Positions 34,992-46,086 of a DNA stretch of 64,000 nt are shown here, piece by piece. Under the pieces are notes generated by a model that worked only from the letters and a program-made list of their open reading frames with translations, was not told the origin of the DNA and ran no database searches. Numbering within the stretch: the first letter of the stretch is position 1; every line of letters starts with the position of its first letter. The position numbers were made by a program, and so were the translations under genes. The stretch is from Nemertoderma westbladi (taxonomy: Eukaryota; Animalia; Xenacoelomorpha), in assembly GCA_032718475.1 (NCBI GenBank), contig JAUCBJ010008016.1, positions 1 through 64,000 on the forward strand, read 5' to 3'.

Positions 34992-37592
34992 ATGGACCCA
35001 AATCGCCAAATTATCGGCGAATTACGTAACACGATAGATCTACTGGAATATTCGCAACCTGGATCCCCTGACTTTGATACAAATTGGAACACTCTGCTAA
35101 ATGAGAACGTACGAGACGTTAAATTCACCGGGCGAGAGGGACCGGATTCTAAGAATCTACGAGCCCTCCGGTTAGCCGATGCTAGTACGAGACTGAAAAG
35201 AACTCGGAACGCAAAGGCAACCGGAGGGGACGATTCGTCGTTTTGGGAAACGTTCCGGCAGAGCGTCTACAGATCCCGATGTTTGATCTACGACAACGAG
35301 GGAAACGCGACGCCCACCTCGAAAGCGATTACGTTGGCGAGATGTCAAAGTTTCGTCGACGACAAGAGTACGTACCTCGCCCACTGGGGAAACCTGTCGG
35401 AGTGTACGGCGACGCTTCGAGAGGAACGCATATCGATTATCCAGAACCGAGACGACTACCAGGAAAAGTATGGGGCGAAAGAATACGGTCGATCCTTAGT
35501 CGTCGTCCTCGGAACCCTGGACGGTTTGGTACTGGTGTGCCGAATATTCCCGACACCCAGACAGGAAGTGCGGGCAGCCGGAGCGATCTGGTTGCTGCCT
35601 CCGGAAATCCAAAAGATCCTCTTCGACTTCGACGTCATTAAAATCGGGTCGGATATCAAGGCAGACGTCCGGAACGACTACGCGAACGCTCCCGCAGGAA
35701 GAAACCGACGAAACGACCTCAACGCACTTAGCCATTGCATCGACACTCAAACGCTGCTAGCCTGGTTGCGATTCGCCGAGTTCATGCGAGGATTCCAAGA
35801 AGTGAGACCGACGAAATCCGGGATCGGCTACCTCGCTGTGCTCAACGGCGGTATCGACTTCAAACCCCAGAAATTCCGGGACTATAATAAAATATACGGC
35901 GGATACCCGGGATTAGAGATAAAGAGCGAGCGGGAGGGTCGATGGAAGGACGTCGATCGGAAGTGGACGATACACCAAAGGTGGGAGAATCCCGATCGAC
36001 GGAGCTATATCTACGTCGTTATGGAATGTTACACCGTCGCTAAGTTTATCTGCAAGACTCTCGATAACCTTATTACGGCGGCCCCCCTTTCCTTCGTCGA
36101 CTACGACTGGAACGAGGTTATAAACCACGCGTTTAAAGCGGTCGAGAACATTACACCGGGAGAATCGAAAACGCCCGCCGTTATCAACTCCTGGGACGAG
36201 AGCGGACCTTACGATATCCCTACGATTACCGAGCTTCTCGGTGCGGAGGAGCCTCTGATCTCTTCGGAAGGGGAAGAGATATGGCTAAACGAGGGTGTTC
36301 TTCTCTCCACCCCGAAGCGACAACTCGAGCCGGAGGCCGCGTATGGACCGGCCGCCAAACGAGTTGCCTCGGCCGAACCGATAAAGAGAGCAGGCGTCTA
36401 CACCCCACGCGGCTCCGGTAGCCCCGCGAGAGAGGTAGCCACTACAGCTGCATTGAGCGACTTCGGCGACATATGCCAACGGTTATCCCCGTATCCTTTC
36501 CCGGGTGGCGAAGATTGGTCGTCGGAGATTCCGAGTACCAGCCACCAACGGACCCGCTCAGCGATACTGGTCGAGGAGGGCCCCAGCGATGCGCCGACCC
36601 CCGACGATCTCCTCGGTATCCCTCCGTCGAAAACCCCGGCACCTCTTCGCCGACCAGCGGTGGCTACTACACCCGCCGTTCCTCAGGACCCTATGCGACT
36701 AACCCGTTGGTACGCCGAGCAAACTGAATGGATCCACCGCCAGAAACGGTCGTCCGAGTTGAGACCAGCGGGACACAAAGAGGGTTATCGGAGCGAGAAC
36801 ATACTACGCAAAAGCCTAGCATTCCGCGGGCTACCGACCACCGAGAATATTCCGAAGAGCGACCGACGACTCGAATACTACGTCGGCGTCCCGATTCCGA
36901 TATTCCCCGGTCGAGAAATGCAGTTGGAGGTATGCGGCGACTGCGGCTCGGAGCAGTGCCCACGCGGCAGAAGGAATCGGGTTACCGATTCTTGCCTCCA
37001 GCTCCTCGGGATACTCTACTGCCCATACTGCGCGATATCGGGCCACGACGTTTCGGTCTGTCCGATCCTTTATAACCTCTGCACCACGTGCGGTTTCCGT
37101 GGACATTCCGCTAGCCCCCGCTGCTATATCAAATGTCCAACCAAAGACGTTACCGCTATGGGCAATATGGTCATGTTTGAGACATACGCAAACAGCCACT
37201 TAAAGACCAAGTTTCGGAGAAACGCTCGGAATATCGCGCAGGAGATGGCGTGCGGATATTTCTCCTTCCCGGAACGCCTCCACACGTCGGCCACGCTACC
37301 TTTCCATTACGTGGATCTGCTACTGAGCGCCGGATTATTCGGCCCATTCGAAGTCATTAGACGATTATATTCGTATAAAGAAGAGTTCGGTGACGGAGAG
37401 TGGTTTCTCGAGGCTCGCAACTCCGAGTTGGAAAGACGAACCGACATGATCCCGATGCCTTCGAAAGGAAGAGCCGCCAGGAGACAAGCCGAAGCGTTAC
37501 TCACGATGGACGTTGACGCTCCTCTACCAGCCATAGCGATCGATGAGAGTCGACGGGCGAAGAGACGAAAGGCGTATCAGAAAAAGAAATAG
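34992..37592 (+). CDS. BEL element ORF3: DEDDy (WRN/EXD2/Mut-7-like) 3'-5' exonuclease-like domain + low-complexity linker + CCHC-type zinc knuckles (866 aa)
   Basis: ExoI-like LIYDNEG, ExoII-like LPPEIQKILFDFDVIKIGSDIKADVR, CIDTQTL, SGIGYLA, ExoIII-like W...YIYVVMEC. C-terminal CPYCAISGH..C and CTTCGFRGH..C. No signal peptide or TM segment seen. Confidence 0.7.
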   Translation: MDPNRQIIGELRNTIDLLEYSQPGSPDFDTNWNTLLNENVRDVKFTGREGPDSKNLRALRLADASTRLKRTRNAKATGGDDSSFWETFRQSVYRSRCLIYDNEGNATPTSKAITLARCQSFVDDKSTYLAHWGNLSECTATLREERISIIQNRDDYQEKYGAKEYGRSLVVVLGTLDGLVLVCRIFPTPRQEVRAAGAIWLLPPEIQKILFDFDVIKIGSDIKADVRNDYANAPAGRNRRNDLNALSHCIDTQTLLAWLRFAEFMRGFQEVRPTKSGIGYLAVLNGGIDFKPQKFRDYNKIYGGYPGLEIKSEREGRWKDVDRKWTIHQRWENPDRRSYIYVVMECYTVAKFICKTLDNLITAAPLSFVDYDWNEVINHAFKAVENITPGESKTPAVINSWDESGPYDIPTITELLGAEEPLISSEGEEIWLNEGVLLSTPKRQLEPEAAYGPAAKRVASAEPIKRAGVYTPRGSGSPAREVATTAALSDFGDICQRLSPYPFPGGEDWSSEIPSTSHQRTRSAILVEEGPSDAPTPDDLLGIPPSKTPAPLRRPAVATTPAVPQDPMRLTRWYAEQTEWIHRQKRSSELRPAGHKEGYRSENILRKSLAFRGLPTTENIPKSDRRLEYYVGVPIPIFPGREMQLEVCGDCGSEQCPRGRRNRVTDSCLQLLGILYCPYCAISGHDVSVCPILYNLCTTCGFRGHSASPRCYIKCPTKDVTAMGNMVMFETYANSHLKTKFRRNARNIAQEMACGYFSFPERLHTSATLPFHYVDLLLSAGLFGPFEVIRRLYSYKEEFGDGEWFLEARNSELERRTDMIPMPSKGRAARRQAEALLTMDVDAPLPAIAIDESRRAKRRKAYQKKK

Positions 37593-37757
37593 TGGATTGG
37601 GATATTCCAGGAACATTTATCGAATATTTATTTTTATACAAACTCTAGGCCGAATTAATTAAAAACTATGCAATATTAAATTTGGGTTTTTTATATTGGG
37701 AATGACCTACGCAAACTCAATCGACCGACAGACTTCACGAAGGTCATTGGGGGGGAC

Positions 37758-39365
37758 TGTTCGCGGTATTTCAACTTTCCATAACGCGAGTTGAATATTT
37801 TTGTATTTATTTAAAATTGATTATTCCGATATTACTACTGGGTGCGGGACCATGGGTTTTGGGCACATTTAATAAACTGGGGGCGATTTATGGGCGAACT
37901 TTGGGGCAACTTACAGGGTACGGGAATAATTTCATAGTTATAAGGGCCAGGGGGGATGGAAAATGCAAGCAGTATTCAGGTTAGCCTGAGTACTATTAGG
38001 CCCTGGCCAACTTCCTGCTGCCTGTAGGGGTGGATTTGGTAATGCGCCAGGCCTAAAGGACAAGGACAGCCCTTAGCGGTCCCTGGCCAACAGCAGCCAT
38101 TACGAGACTGAAAAGAACTCGGACCGCTGACTGCTTGTGTCAGGGATTTGCGACGGGCACCGACGGCCCCTTAGTAGCCAAGCCGTTCTGGTTCTCGATG
38201 ATCGAACCCCGGGGTTCGTGAGGGGTGGAGCGGACACGCGAACGGGTGGCCAACTTAAGACTGCCCCCTGACCTAAGCCGTACGGTTCTCGATGACCGAT
38301 CCCTTCGGGGTTCGCGAGGGGTGGGACGGACATGCGAAAGGGCTGGCCACAGGACGGGTTTGACGAGAACTGCCCTTAGCGGTCTCTGGTCAACGGCAGC
38401 TACTACGAGACTGAAAAGAACTCGGAACGCTGACTGCTTGTACTGGGATTTGCGACGGGACCCGACGACAGACCCCTTAGCCAAGCCGTACTGGTTCTCG
38501 ATGATCGTTCCCTTCGGGGTTCGTGAGGGGTGGAACGGACACGCGACGGGGTCGAAAGACAAAGGACTAGACTCGACTAGACTCTACTGGCCTACCGACT
38601 GTTCGGAGCAGTTTCTTGGCTGCCGAAGCGACTACGAGCCTGAAACGGACTCGGAAAGCCTAGGTGGTTGGGTTTCTGTGATGAACCGACGGACCCCTAG
38701 CCAAGCCGTTCTGGTTCTCGATGATCGAACCCTTCGGGGTTCGTGAGAGGTGGAACGGACACGCGAACGGGTCCACCGACACGACAGACTCCTAGCCAAG
38801 CCGTACTGGTTCTCGATGACCGAACCCTTCGGGGTTCGAGAGGGGTGGTACGGATACGCGACAGAGTCTACCGACTGGACCGACCCTTAGCCAAGCCGTG
38901 CTGGTTCTCGATGATCGTTCCCTTCGGGGTTCGTGAGGGGTGGAACGGACACGCGACAGGGTCGACCGACACCGACACTACGGCACTAAGACTGGGACCG
39001 AGGGAAAATCTGGGGAACATTAGGTAGGCTAAAATTCTGAGCGAACAGTGGGTTATTAAATAATCTACCGTAGGGATTTATATTATCGTGTATAATTATT
39101 GTGAATATTTGGTGTATATTGATTTGGGGAAGCCCAAAATTATTCTTAATCAGGTTTCAATGATGTTGAACAGGTTTCAACTATAGGAAGTTACATTAAA
39201 GAGTATATCCAACTAATGCAGCTTTTTATCAACCGCAAACTTGCATCTTAGAAAATATTCCCTCCCCACAATCAATATCCGGTGACTGGCCGGGGCTCGG
39301 TGGTCTGTTAAGTCACGTCTCCAGCATCGGCGTTTTTCCCCCCTGGTGTTGGGATAACGGCAACA
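37758..39365 (+). repeat. 3' LTR of the BEL element (1608 bp)
   Basis: Preceded by the PPT and followed by TSD TAAAC. Confidence 0.97.
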
Positions 39366-39372
39366 TAAACGT

Positions 39373-41094
39373 TTGCATTGGTTACCTGTAAATTTACGGA
39401 TCAAATTTAAAATAGCTTTGTTGACATTCAAGTGTTTACATGGTGCTGCTCCTGCCTACTTGACCCATTTAATAACTCCCTATGTACCTCCACGACAATT
39501 ACTGTCTGCTGATAAGGGACTTCTATTTGTACCGCAGTTTTACTTGCATAATTACGGGAGACTCGATAACCTTATTACGGCGGCCCCCCTTTCCTTCGTC
39601 GACTACGACTGGAACGAGGTTATAAACCACGCGTTTAAAGCGGTCGAGAACATTACACCGGGAGAATCGAAAACGCCCGCCGTTATCAACTCCTGGGACG
39701 AGAGCGGACCTTACGATATCCCTACGATTACCGAGCTTCTCGGTGCGGAGGAGCCTCTGATCTCTTCGGAAGGGGAAGAGATATGGCTAAACGAGGGTGT
39801 TCTTCTCTCCACCCCGAAGCGACAACTCGAGCCGGAGGCCGCGTATGGACCGGCCGCCAAACGAGTTGCCTCGGCCGAACCGATAAAGAGAGCAGGCGTC
39901 TACACCCCACGCGGCTCCGGTAGCCCCGCGAGAGAGGTAGCCACTACAGCTGCATTGAGCGACTTCGGCGAAATATGCCAACGGTTATCCCCGTATCCTT
40001 TCCCGGGTGGCGAAGATTGGTCGTCGGAGATTCCGAGTACCAGCCACCAACGGACCCGCTCAGCGATACTGGTCGAGGAGGGCCCCAGCGATGCGCCGAC
40101 CCCCGACGATCTCCTCGGTATCCCTCCGTCGAAAACCCCGGCACCTCTTCGCCGACCAGCGGTGGCTACTACACCCGCCGTTCCTCAGGACCCTATGCGA
40201 CTAACCCGTTGGTACGCCGAGCAAACTGAATGGATCCACCGCCAGAAACGGTCGTCCGAGTTGAGACCAGCGGGACACAAAGAGGGTTATCGGAGCGAGA
40301 ACATACTACGCAAAAGCCTAGCATTCCGCGGGCTACCGACCACCGAGAATATTCCGAAGAGCGACCGACGACTCGAATACTACGTCGGCGTCCCGATTCC
40401 GATATTCCCCGGTCGAGAAATGCAGTTGGAGGTATGCGGCGACTGCGGCTCGGAGCAGTGCCCACGCGGCAGAAGGAATCGGGTTACCGATTCTTGCCTC
40501 CAGCTCCTCGGGATACTCTACTGCCCATACTGCGCGATATCGGGCCACGACGTTTCGGTCTGTCCGATCCTTTATAACCTCTGCACCACGTGCGGTTTCC
40601 GTGGACATTCCGCTAGCCCCCGCTGCTATATCAAATGTCCAACCAAAGACGTTACCGCTATGGGCAATATGGTCATGTTTGAGACATACGCAAACAGCCA
40701 CTTAAAGACCAAGTTTCGGAGAAACGCTCGGAATACCGCGCAGGAGATGGCGTGCGGATATTTCTCCTTCCCGGAACGCCTCCACACGTCGGCCACGCTA
40801 CCTTTCCATTACGTGGATCTGCTACTGAGCGCCGGATTATTCGGCCCATTCGAAGTCATTAGACGATTATATTCGTATAAAGAAGAGTTCGGTGACGGAG
40901 AGTGGTTTCTCGAGGCTTGCAACTCCGAGTTGGAAAGACGAACCGACATGATCCCGATGCCTTCGAAAGGAAGAGCCGCCAGGAGACAAGCCGAAGCGTT
41001 ACTCACGATGGACGTTGACGCTCCTCTACCAGCCATAGCGATCGATGAGAGTCGACGGGCGAAGAGACGAAAGGCGTATCAGAAAAAGAAATAG
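39373..41094 (+). pseudogene. Chimeric open frame: LINE ORF2 C-terminal ~63 aa fused in frame to the C-terminal ~510 aa of BEL ORF3
   Basis: HWLPVNLRIKFK...NYGR|LDNLITAAP...; starts at TTG, with no early ATG. Confidence 0.75.
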
Positions 41095-41259
41095 TGGATT
41101 GGGATATTCCAGGAACATTTATCGAATATTTATTTTTATACAAACTCTAGGCCGAATTAATTAAAAACTATGCAATATTAAATTTGGGTTTTTTATATTG
41201 GGAATGACCTACGCAAACTCAATCGACCGACAGACTTCACGAAGGTCATTGGGGGGGAC

Positions 41260-42868
41260 TGTTCGCGGTATTTCAACTTTCCATAACGCGAGTTGAATAT
41301 TTTTGTATTTATTTAAAATTGATTATTCCGATATTACTACTGGGTGCGGGACCATGGGTTTTGGGCACATTTAATAAACTGGGGGCGATTTATGGGCGAA
41401 CTTTGGGGCAACTTACAGGGTACGGGAATAATTTCATAGTTATAAGGGCCAGGGGGGATGGAAAATGCAAGCAGTATTCAGGTTAGCCTGAGTACTATTA
41501 GGCCCTGGCCAACTTCCTGCTGCCTGTAGGGGTGGATTTGGTAATGCGCCAGGCCTAAAGGACAAGGACAGCCCTTAGCGGTCCCTGGCCAACAGCAGCC
41601 ATTACGAGACTGAAAAGAACTCGGACCGCTGACTGCTTGTGTCAGGGATTTGCGACGGGCACCGACGGCCCCTTAGTAGCCAAGCCGTTCTGGTTCTCGA
41701 TGATCGAACCCCGGGGTTCGTGAGGGGTGGAGCGGACACGCGAACGGGTGGCCAACTTAAGACTGCCCCCTGACCTAAGCCGTACTGGTTCTCGATGACC
41801 GATCCCTTCGGGGTTCGCGAGGGGTGGGATGGACATGCGAAAGGGCTGGCCACAGGACGGGTTTGACGAGAACTGCCCTTAGCGGTCTCTGGTCAACGGC
41901 AGCTACTACGAGACTGAAAAGAACTCGGAACGCTGACTGCTTGTACTGGGATTTGCGACGGGACCCGACGACAGACCCCTTAGCCAAGCCGTACTGGTTC
42001 TCGATGATCGTTCCCTTCGGGGTTCGTGAGGGGTGGAACGGACACGCGACGGGGTCGAAAGACAAAGGACTAGACTCGACTAGACTCTACTGGCCTACCG
42101 ACTGTTCGGAGCAGTTTCTTGGCTGCCGAAGCGACTACGAGCCTGAAACGGACTCGGAAAGCCTAGGTGGTTGGGTTTCTGTGATGAACCGACGGACCCC
42201 TAGCCAAGCCGTTCTGGTTCTCGATGATCGAACCCTTCGGGGTTCGTGAGAGGTGGAACGGACACGCGAACGGGTCCACCGACACGACAGACTCCTAGCC
42301 AAGCCGTACTGGTTCTCGATGACCGAACCCTTCGGGGTTCGAGAGGGGTGGTACGGATACGCGACAGAGTCTACCGACTGGACCGACCCTTAGCCAAGCC
42401 GTGCTGGTTCTCGATGATCGTTCCCTTCGGGGTTCGTGAGGGGTGGAACGGACACGCGACAGGGTCGACCGACACCGACACTACGGCACTAAGACTGGGA
42501 CCGAGGGAAAATCTGGGGAACATTAGGTAGGCTAAAATTCTGAGCGAACAGTGGGTTATTAAATAATCTACCGTAGGGATTTATATTATCGTGTATAATT
42601 ATTGTGAATATTTGGTGTATATTGATTTGGGGAAGCCCAAAATTATTCTTAATCAGGTTTCAATGATGTTGAACAGGTTTCAACTATAGGAAGTTACATT
42701 AAAGAGTATATCCAACTAATGCAGCTTTTTATCAACCGCAAACTTGCATCTTAGAAAATATTCCCTCCCCACAATCAATATCCGGTGACTGGCCGGGGCT
42801 CGGTGGTCTGTTAAGTCACGTCTCCAGCATCGGCGTTTTTCCCCCCTGGTGTTGGGATAACGGCAACA
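41260..42868 (+). repeat. Third LTR copy, from the tandem duplication
   Basis: PPT before it and TAAAC after it; shares variants with the 3' LTR rather than the 5' LTR. Confidence 0.95.
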
Positions 42869-43190
42869 TAAACGTTTGCATTGGTTACCTGTAAATTTAC
42901 GGATCAAATTTAAAATAGCTTTGTTGACATTCAAGTGTTTACATGGTGCTGCTCCTGCCTACTTGACCCATTTAATAACTCCCTATGTACCTCCACGACA
43001 ATTACTGTCTGCTGATAAGGGACTTCTATTTGTACCGCAGTTTTACTTGCATAATTACGGGAGACGGGCGTTCTCAATTGCGGCACCAACAATCTGGAAC
43101 TCCCTCCCGCAAGAAGTTAGAGATGCCACGACGCTGACTCTGTTTGAATCGCGACTCAAAACTCACCTGTACAAAGAGGAATATTGCTGA
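42869..43190 (+). pseudogene. C-terminus of LINE ORF2
   Basis: LHWLPV.RI.FKI..L.FK.LHG.AP.YL...GRRAFS.AAP.IWNSLP...F.SRLKTHL, a typical L2/CR1-group RT C-terminal extension. Confidence 0.9.
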
Positions 43191-44430
43191 TTTTTATTTA
43201 ATATTGTTCAAACTTTTTAGTTATTAATTAATTCTCTGTACGTAGCCTTTTTAGTTGGTTTCAAATAGTTTTTAAGCGCCTTGAAATATGTTCAGAAAGG
43301 CGCTATATAAATATATATTATTATTAGTATTATTATTTGTTTAGACCAGTTGGTTAACAGAGAAAAAGTCGCAAACAGGCTGCCGGCGATAGCTATGGAC
43401 GGTCAGATTTAAGCGACGGCGGGATTTCAGGACATTGAGCTTGTGGGTACAATGATGTTGCATCATAATTATATAGAACATCATGGCTTATGTGCGTGCC
43501 ATCAAACATTGTGCACCATGCGTAACATTCTCGTACAATTACAATCCAGAGGTCTGGACACCTCGACAGTAAGAGCCCATGAATGTATGCCATGTAACAT
43601 CAGGCGGCACCTTGGTGCACGGATAAGTTTAACCTTTACGAAGCTACACAACTCGGCTGAATCACTCATCGTGGACAGCCAGATCGTGGCAGTGGCAGAC
43701 AATGATTTCCCTTTGCGGGCGGATAACTTCCGCCGAACTCCTATCCATGACCATTGACCACGACAAGATGTATCTGAAATTATTTAATAAACATGCCCCA
43801 CAAATACATGAAAATCATGTTACTAAAGATCATACATAGGCTGATTGAAGTAAGTGTTCACTGTCAGGAGATCGGATCGGTCTTCTTACTGTGAAAAAAA
43901 TAAAAGCACATTCATTCCTTTAATTTAATTCGGTCTAAGACTACAACTTAAAATATAAGCTCATACATACCTAGTGTTGCTATTTTCGGACAAAAAAAAA
44001 TCGTGAAATTATGATTTCTAATAATCTACATAGCGATCAGTATGCGGGTTGTTGTTACTATTGCATCGCGTAGTGTGGTGTTTCATGCTTCTACAGTGTC
44101 TGACGCATAAATTTCGTCCACCTGCCCGACCATTGACTATTTCAGTTTGGTTGACCGCGTACTGCCTATTCATGTGTTCATGCTGGCGTTTTTTTGTTCA
44201 TGCTCACCTCCAACGTGTTGGAACATAATATCTGGCCTGGCTTAGGTACTTTACCGCGTATACATATTGCGAACAAATTCCCCTTGTATCTGCCAACCTT
44301 ACCTCCACACACCAAAGCGTTTTCTTAGTAATTACATCACAAACACACCACTTATTTATCTTTCGTGACTATCAATGTAAACTTGACTTCATAGTAATAA
44401 ATTACTGAGGTAATGCCAAGAATTAAACGC

Positions 44431-46086
44431 GGAAGTTATAGAGATACAAAAATGGCTGAAGTAAATCTCATAATACAAACAATATCCGGGTTATAGGTTG
44501 CGGGCACGATACGACAGTGTGGGGGACGTGAGTTAAACAGAGCCGAATAGATTAATGATGTTATCTACTCATATAGCTATGAAGGGTATTTACCAAGTTG
44601 GAGTTATTGCCAAGTATTGACTTACTGATAAAAGGTAATGCAATAGTTATAGTTAGTGATATGAGTAATAATGAAATTCGGTTGTGGTAGCAAGGTGGCG
44701 CAAAACAAATCCATAATGAAAAACAATTAATCCAATATTGTAATATCAAACTACGAATTTTAATACGAAAATCGTAACCCATAAACCGATGTTTGAGCGA
44801 TTTCTATGCCCTAAAGATAGGCTGTCTGGATTAACGGTCGGGGGCGGGCTAATAATTCAGATCTTTGTAGGGCTCTAGTGGAACAAAGTTTATTGACTCA
44901 TGGATGAGACCGAGACAGATTATTTGTCTCAAGAGGTTGCCCTAGTGTGACCCTTAACTGCAGTATTATATAGGCCGCCAAGGCCAAGGTCACGTATACA
45001 TTTTAACATTAAGTGGACCGCGTCCTTCTAGGTTCCCTACTGCGGCACTATGAACAAGGACTTCGCTCTAACTTCTTTGTTTCAGCCAATTAGGCAACTG
45101 GAGACCCTTCGGTCTGTGCCACACTACTGTAAAAGGCAAACCGTCAATGTACGCAGCTAAAATCCAAAACAAGCTGTTTTCCCAACGACCAGTTTATCAG
45201 TGTGAGGCCGTTTGGATATTTACTATCATTTCTGCTTGAGTCCCGTGGGTTGGGTGAATTCTTAGCCCGCGGGTATTCTTAGCCCGCGAGTTAGTAAAGG
45301 AGCGGGTTTGGCGTATTGGGGGAACCAAAACAATAAACGTTCTTGTTTTGCGGGCTAAGAATACCCACGGGCTAAGAATACTCGCGGGCTAAGAAAACCC
45401 ACGGGCTAAGAATTCTCGCGGGCTAAGAATTCCCCACAAGACCTGCCCACGCAGAGCGAGTTTCTCATTTAGGTGAAGTAGAAATTCAAACCTTTGGTCC
45501 AGAATACAAAATATAACGAGACATATTGGGGGGAAATTGATGAATTACAGTATAATATCCCATCTTGCAGAAGAAACATTGTTACAAATGTCATTAAGAG
45601 GAAGGAGCAGCTTACACTGGCATGGCACAGTGGCACAGTGGTGGTGGCACAGACTAATTTTTGTTCGTAAACAAAAACTGTACTGTACTTGTACTCAAAC
45701 AGCCATTTGAGCATCACTATTTACCTAAACAGGATTCCATTTTGAGTGCGTCGATAGTCCCCCTAATCCTTATAATTTCTTCATGGTATGATCTCGGCGT
45801 TATTGCTATCTTAAACCCGGAAGTTAGCGAGACACAATTAGCTGAACTAAATCTCATAATACAAACAATATCCGGGTTATAGGTTGACGGCACGACAGTG
45901 TGGGGGACGTGAGTTAAACAGAGCCGAATAGATTAATGATGTTATCTACTCGTATAGCTATGAAGGGTATTTACCAAGTTGGATTTATTGCCAAGAATTA
46001 TTGACTTACTGATAAAAGGTAATGCAATAGTTATAGTTAGTGATATGAGTAATAATGAAATTCGGTTGTGGTAGCAAGGTGGCGCA
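44431..46086. repeat. Dispersed direct repeat (~275 bp at ~44431-44703 and ~45819-46086)
   Basis: Shared aatctcataatacaaacaatatccgggttatagg...cggttgtggtagcaaggtggcgca; probably fragments of an interspersed repeat. Confidence 0.8.
45256..45432. repeat. Inverted arrays of 19-bp units (ttcttagcccgcg / cgggctaagaa), foldback- or MITE-like
   Basis: Two units in one orientation face five in the opposite orientation. Confidence 0.65.

Larger units (their letters stand above)
24960..39365 (+). mobile_element. Full-length BEL/Pao LTR retrotransposon with extra ORF3
   Basis: LTRs 24960-26568 and 37758-39365 (TGTT...AACA, about 5 differences seen). 5-bp TSD TAAAC (24955-24959 / 39366-39370). PPT GGGGGGGAC at 37749-37757. 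Gag-PR-RT-RH-IN order. Confidence 0.97.
36061..43065 (+). repeat. 3.5-kb tandem duplication (36061-39562 / 39563-43065) spanning the ORF3 3' part, 3' LTR, TSD and ~200 bp of LINE
   Basis: Constant 3502/3503-bp offset; junction ttacgggagac|tcgataacc; about 5 differences between the copies. Confidence 0.95.
20356..43336 (+). mobile_element. L2/CR1-group (Crack/L2-like) non-LTR retrotransposon, interrupted by a BEL element and a tandem duplication
   Basis: ORF1 plus APE-RT ORF2. ORF2 resumes after the BEL insertion (LHWLPVNLRIKFK...F.SRLKTHLY). 3' stem-loop agcgcctt...aaggcgct then tatataaat and a (TAT)n tail. The 5' boundary is approximate. Confidence 0.9.

Noticed and set aside
34992-37592. 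ORF3 as an envelope glycoprotein
   Set aside because: No signal peptide, TM anchor or fusion-protein pattern; it has exonuclease-like and zinc-knuckle motifs instead.
37758-42868. Independent mini LTR element (LTR2-internal-LTR3)
   Set aside because: It includes the TSD and LINE flank, has no PBS and no TSD of its own; the tandem duplication explains it.
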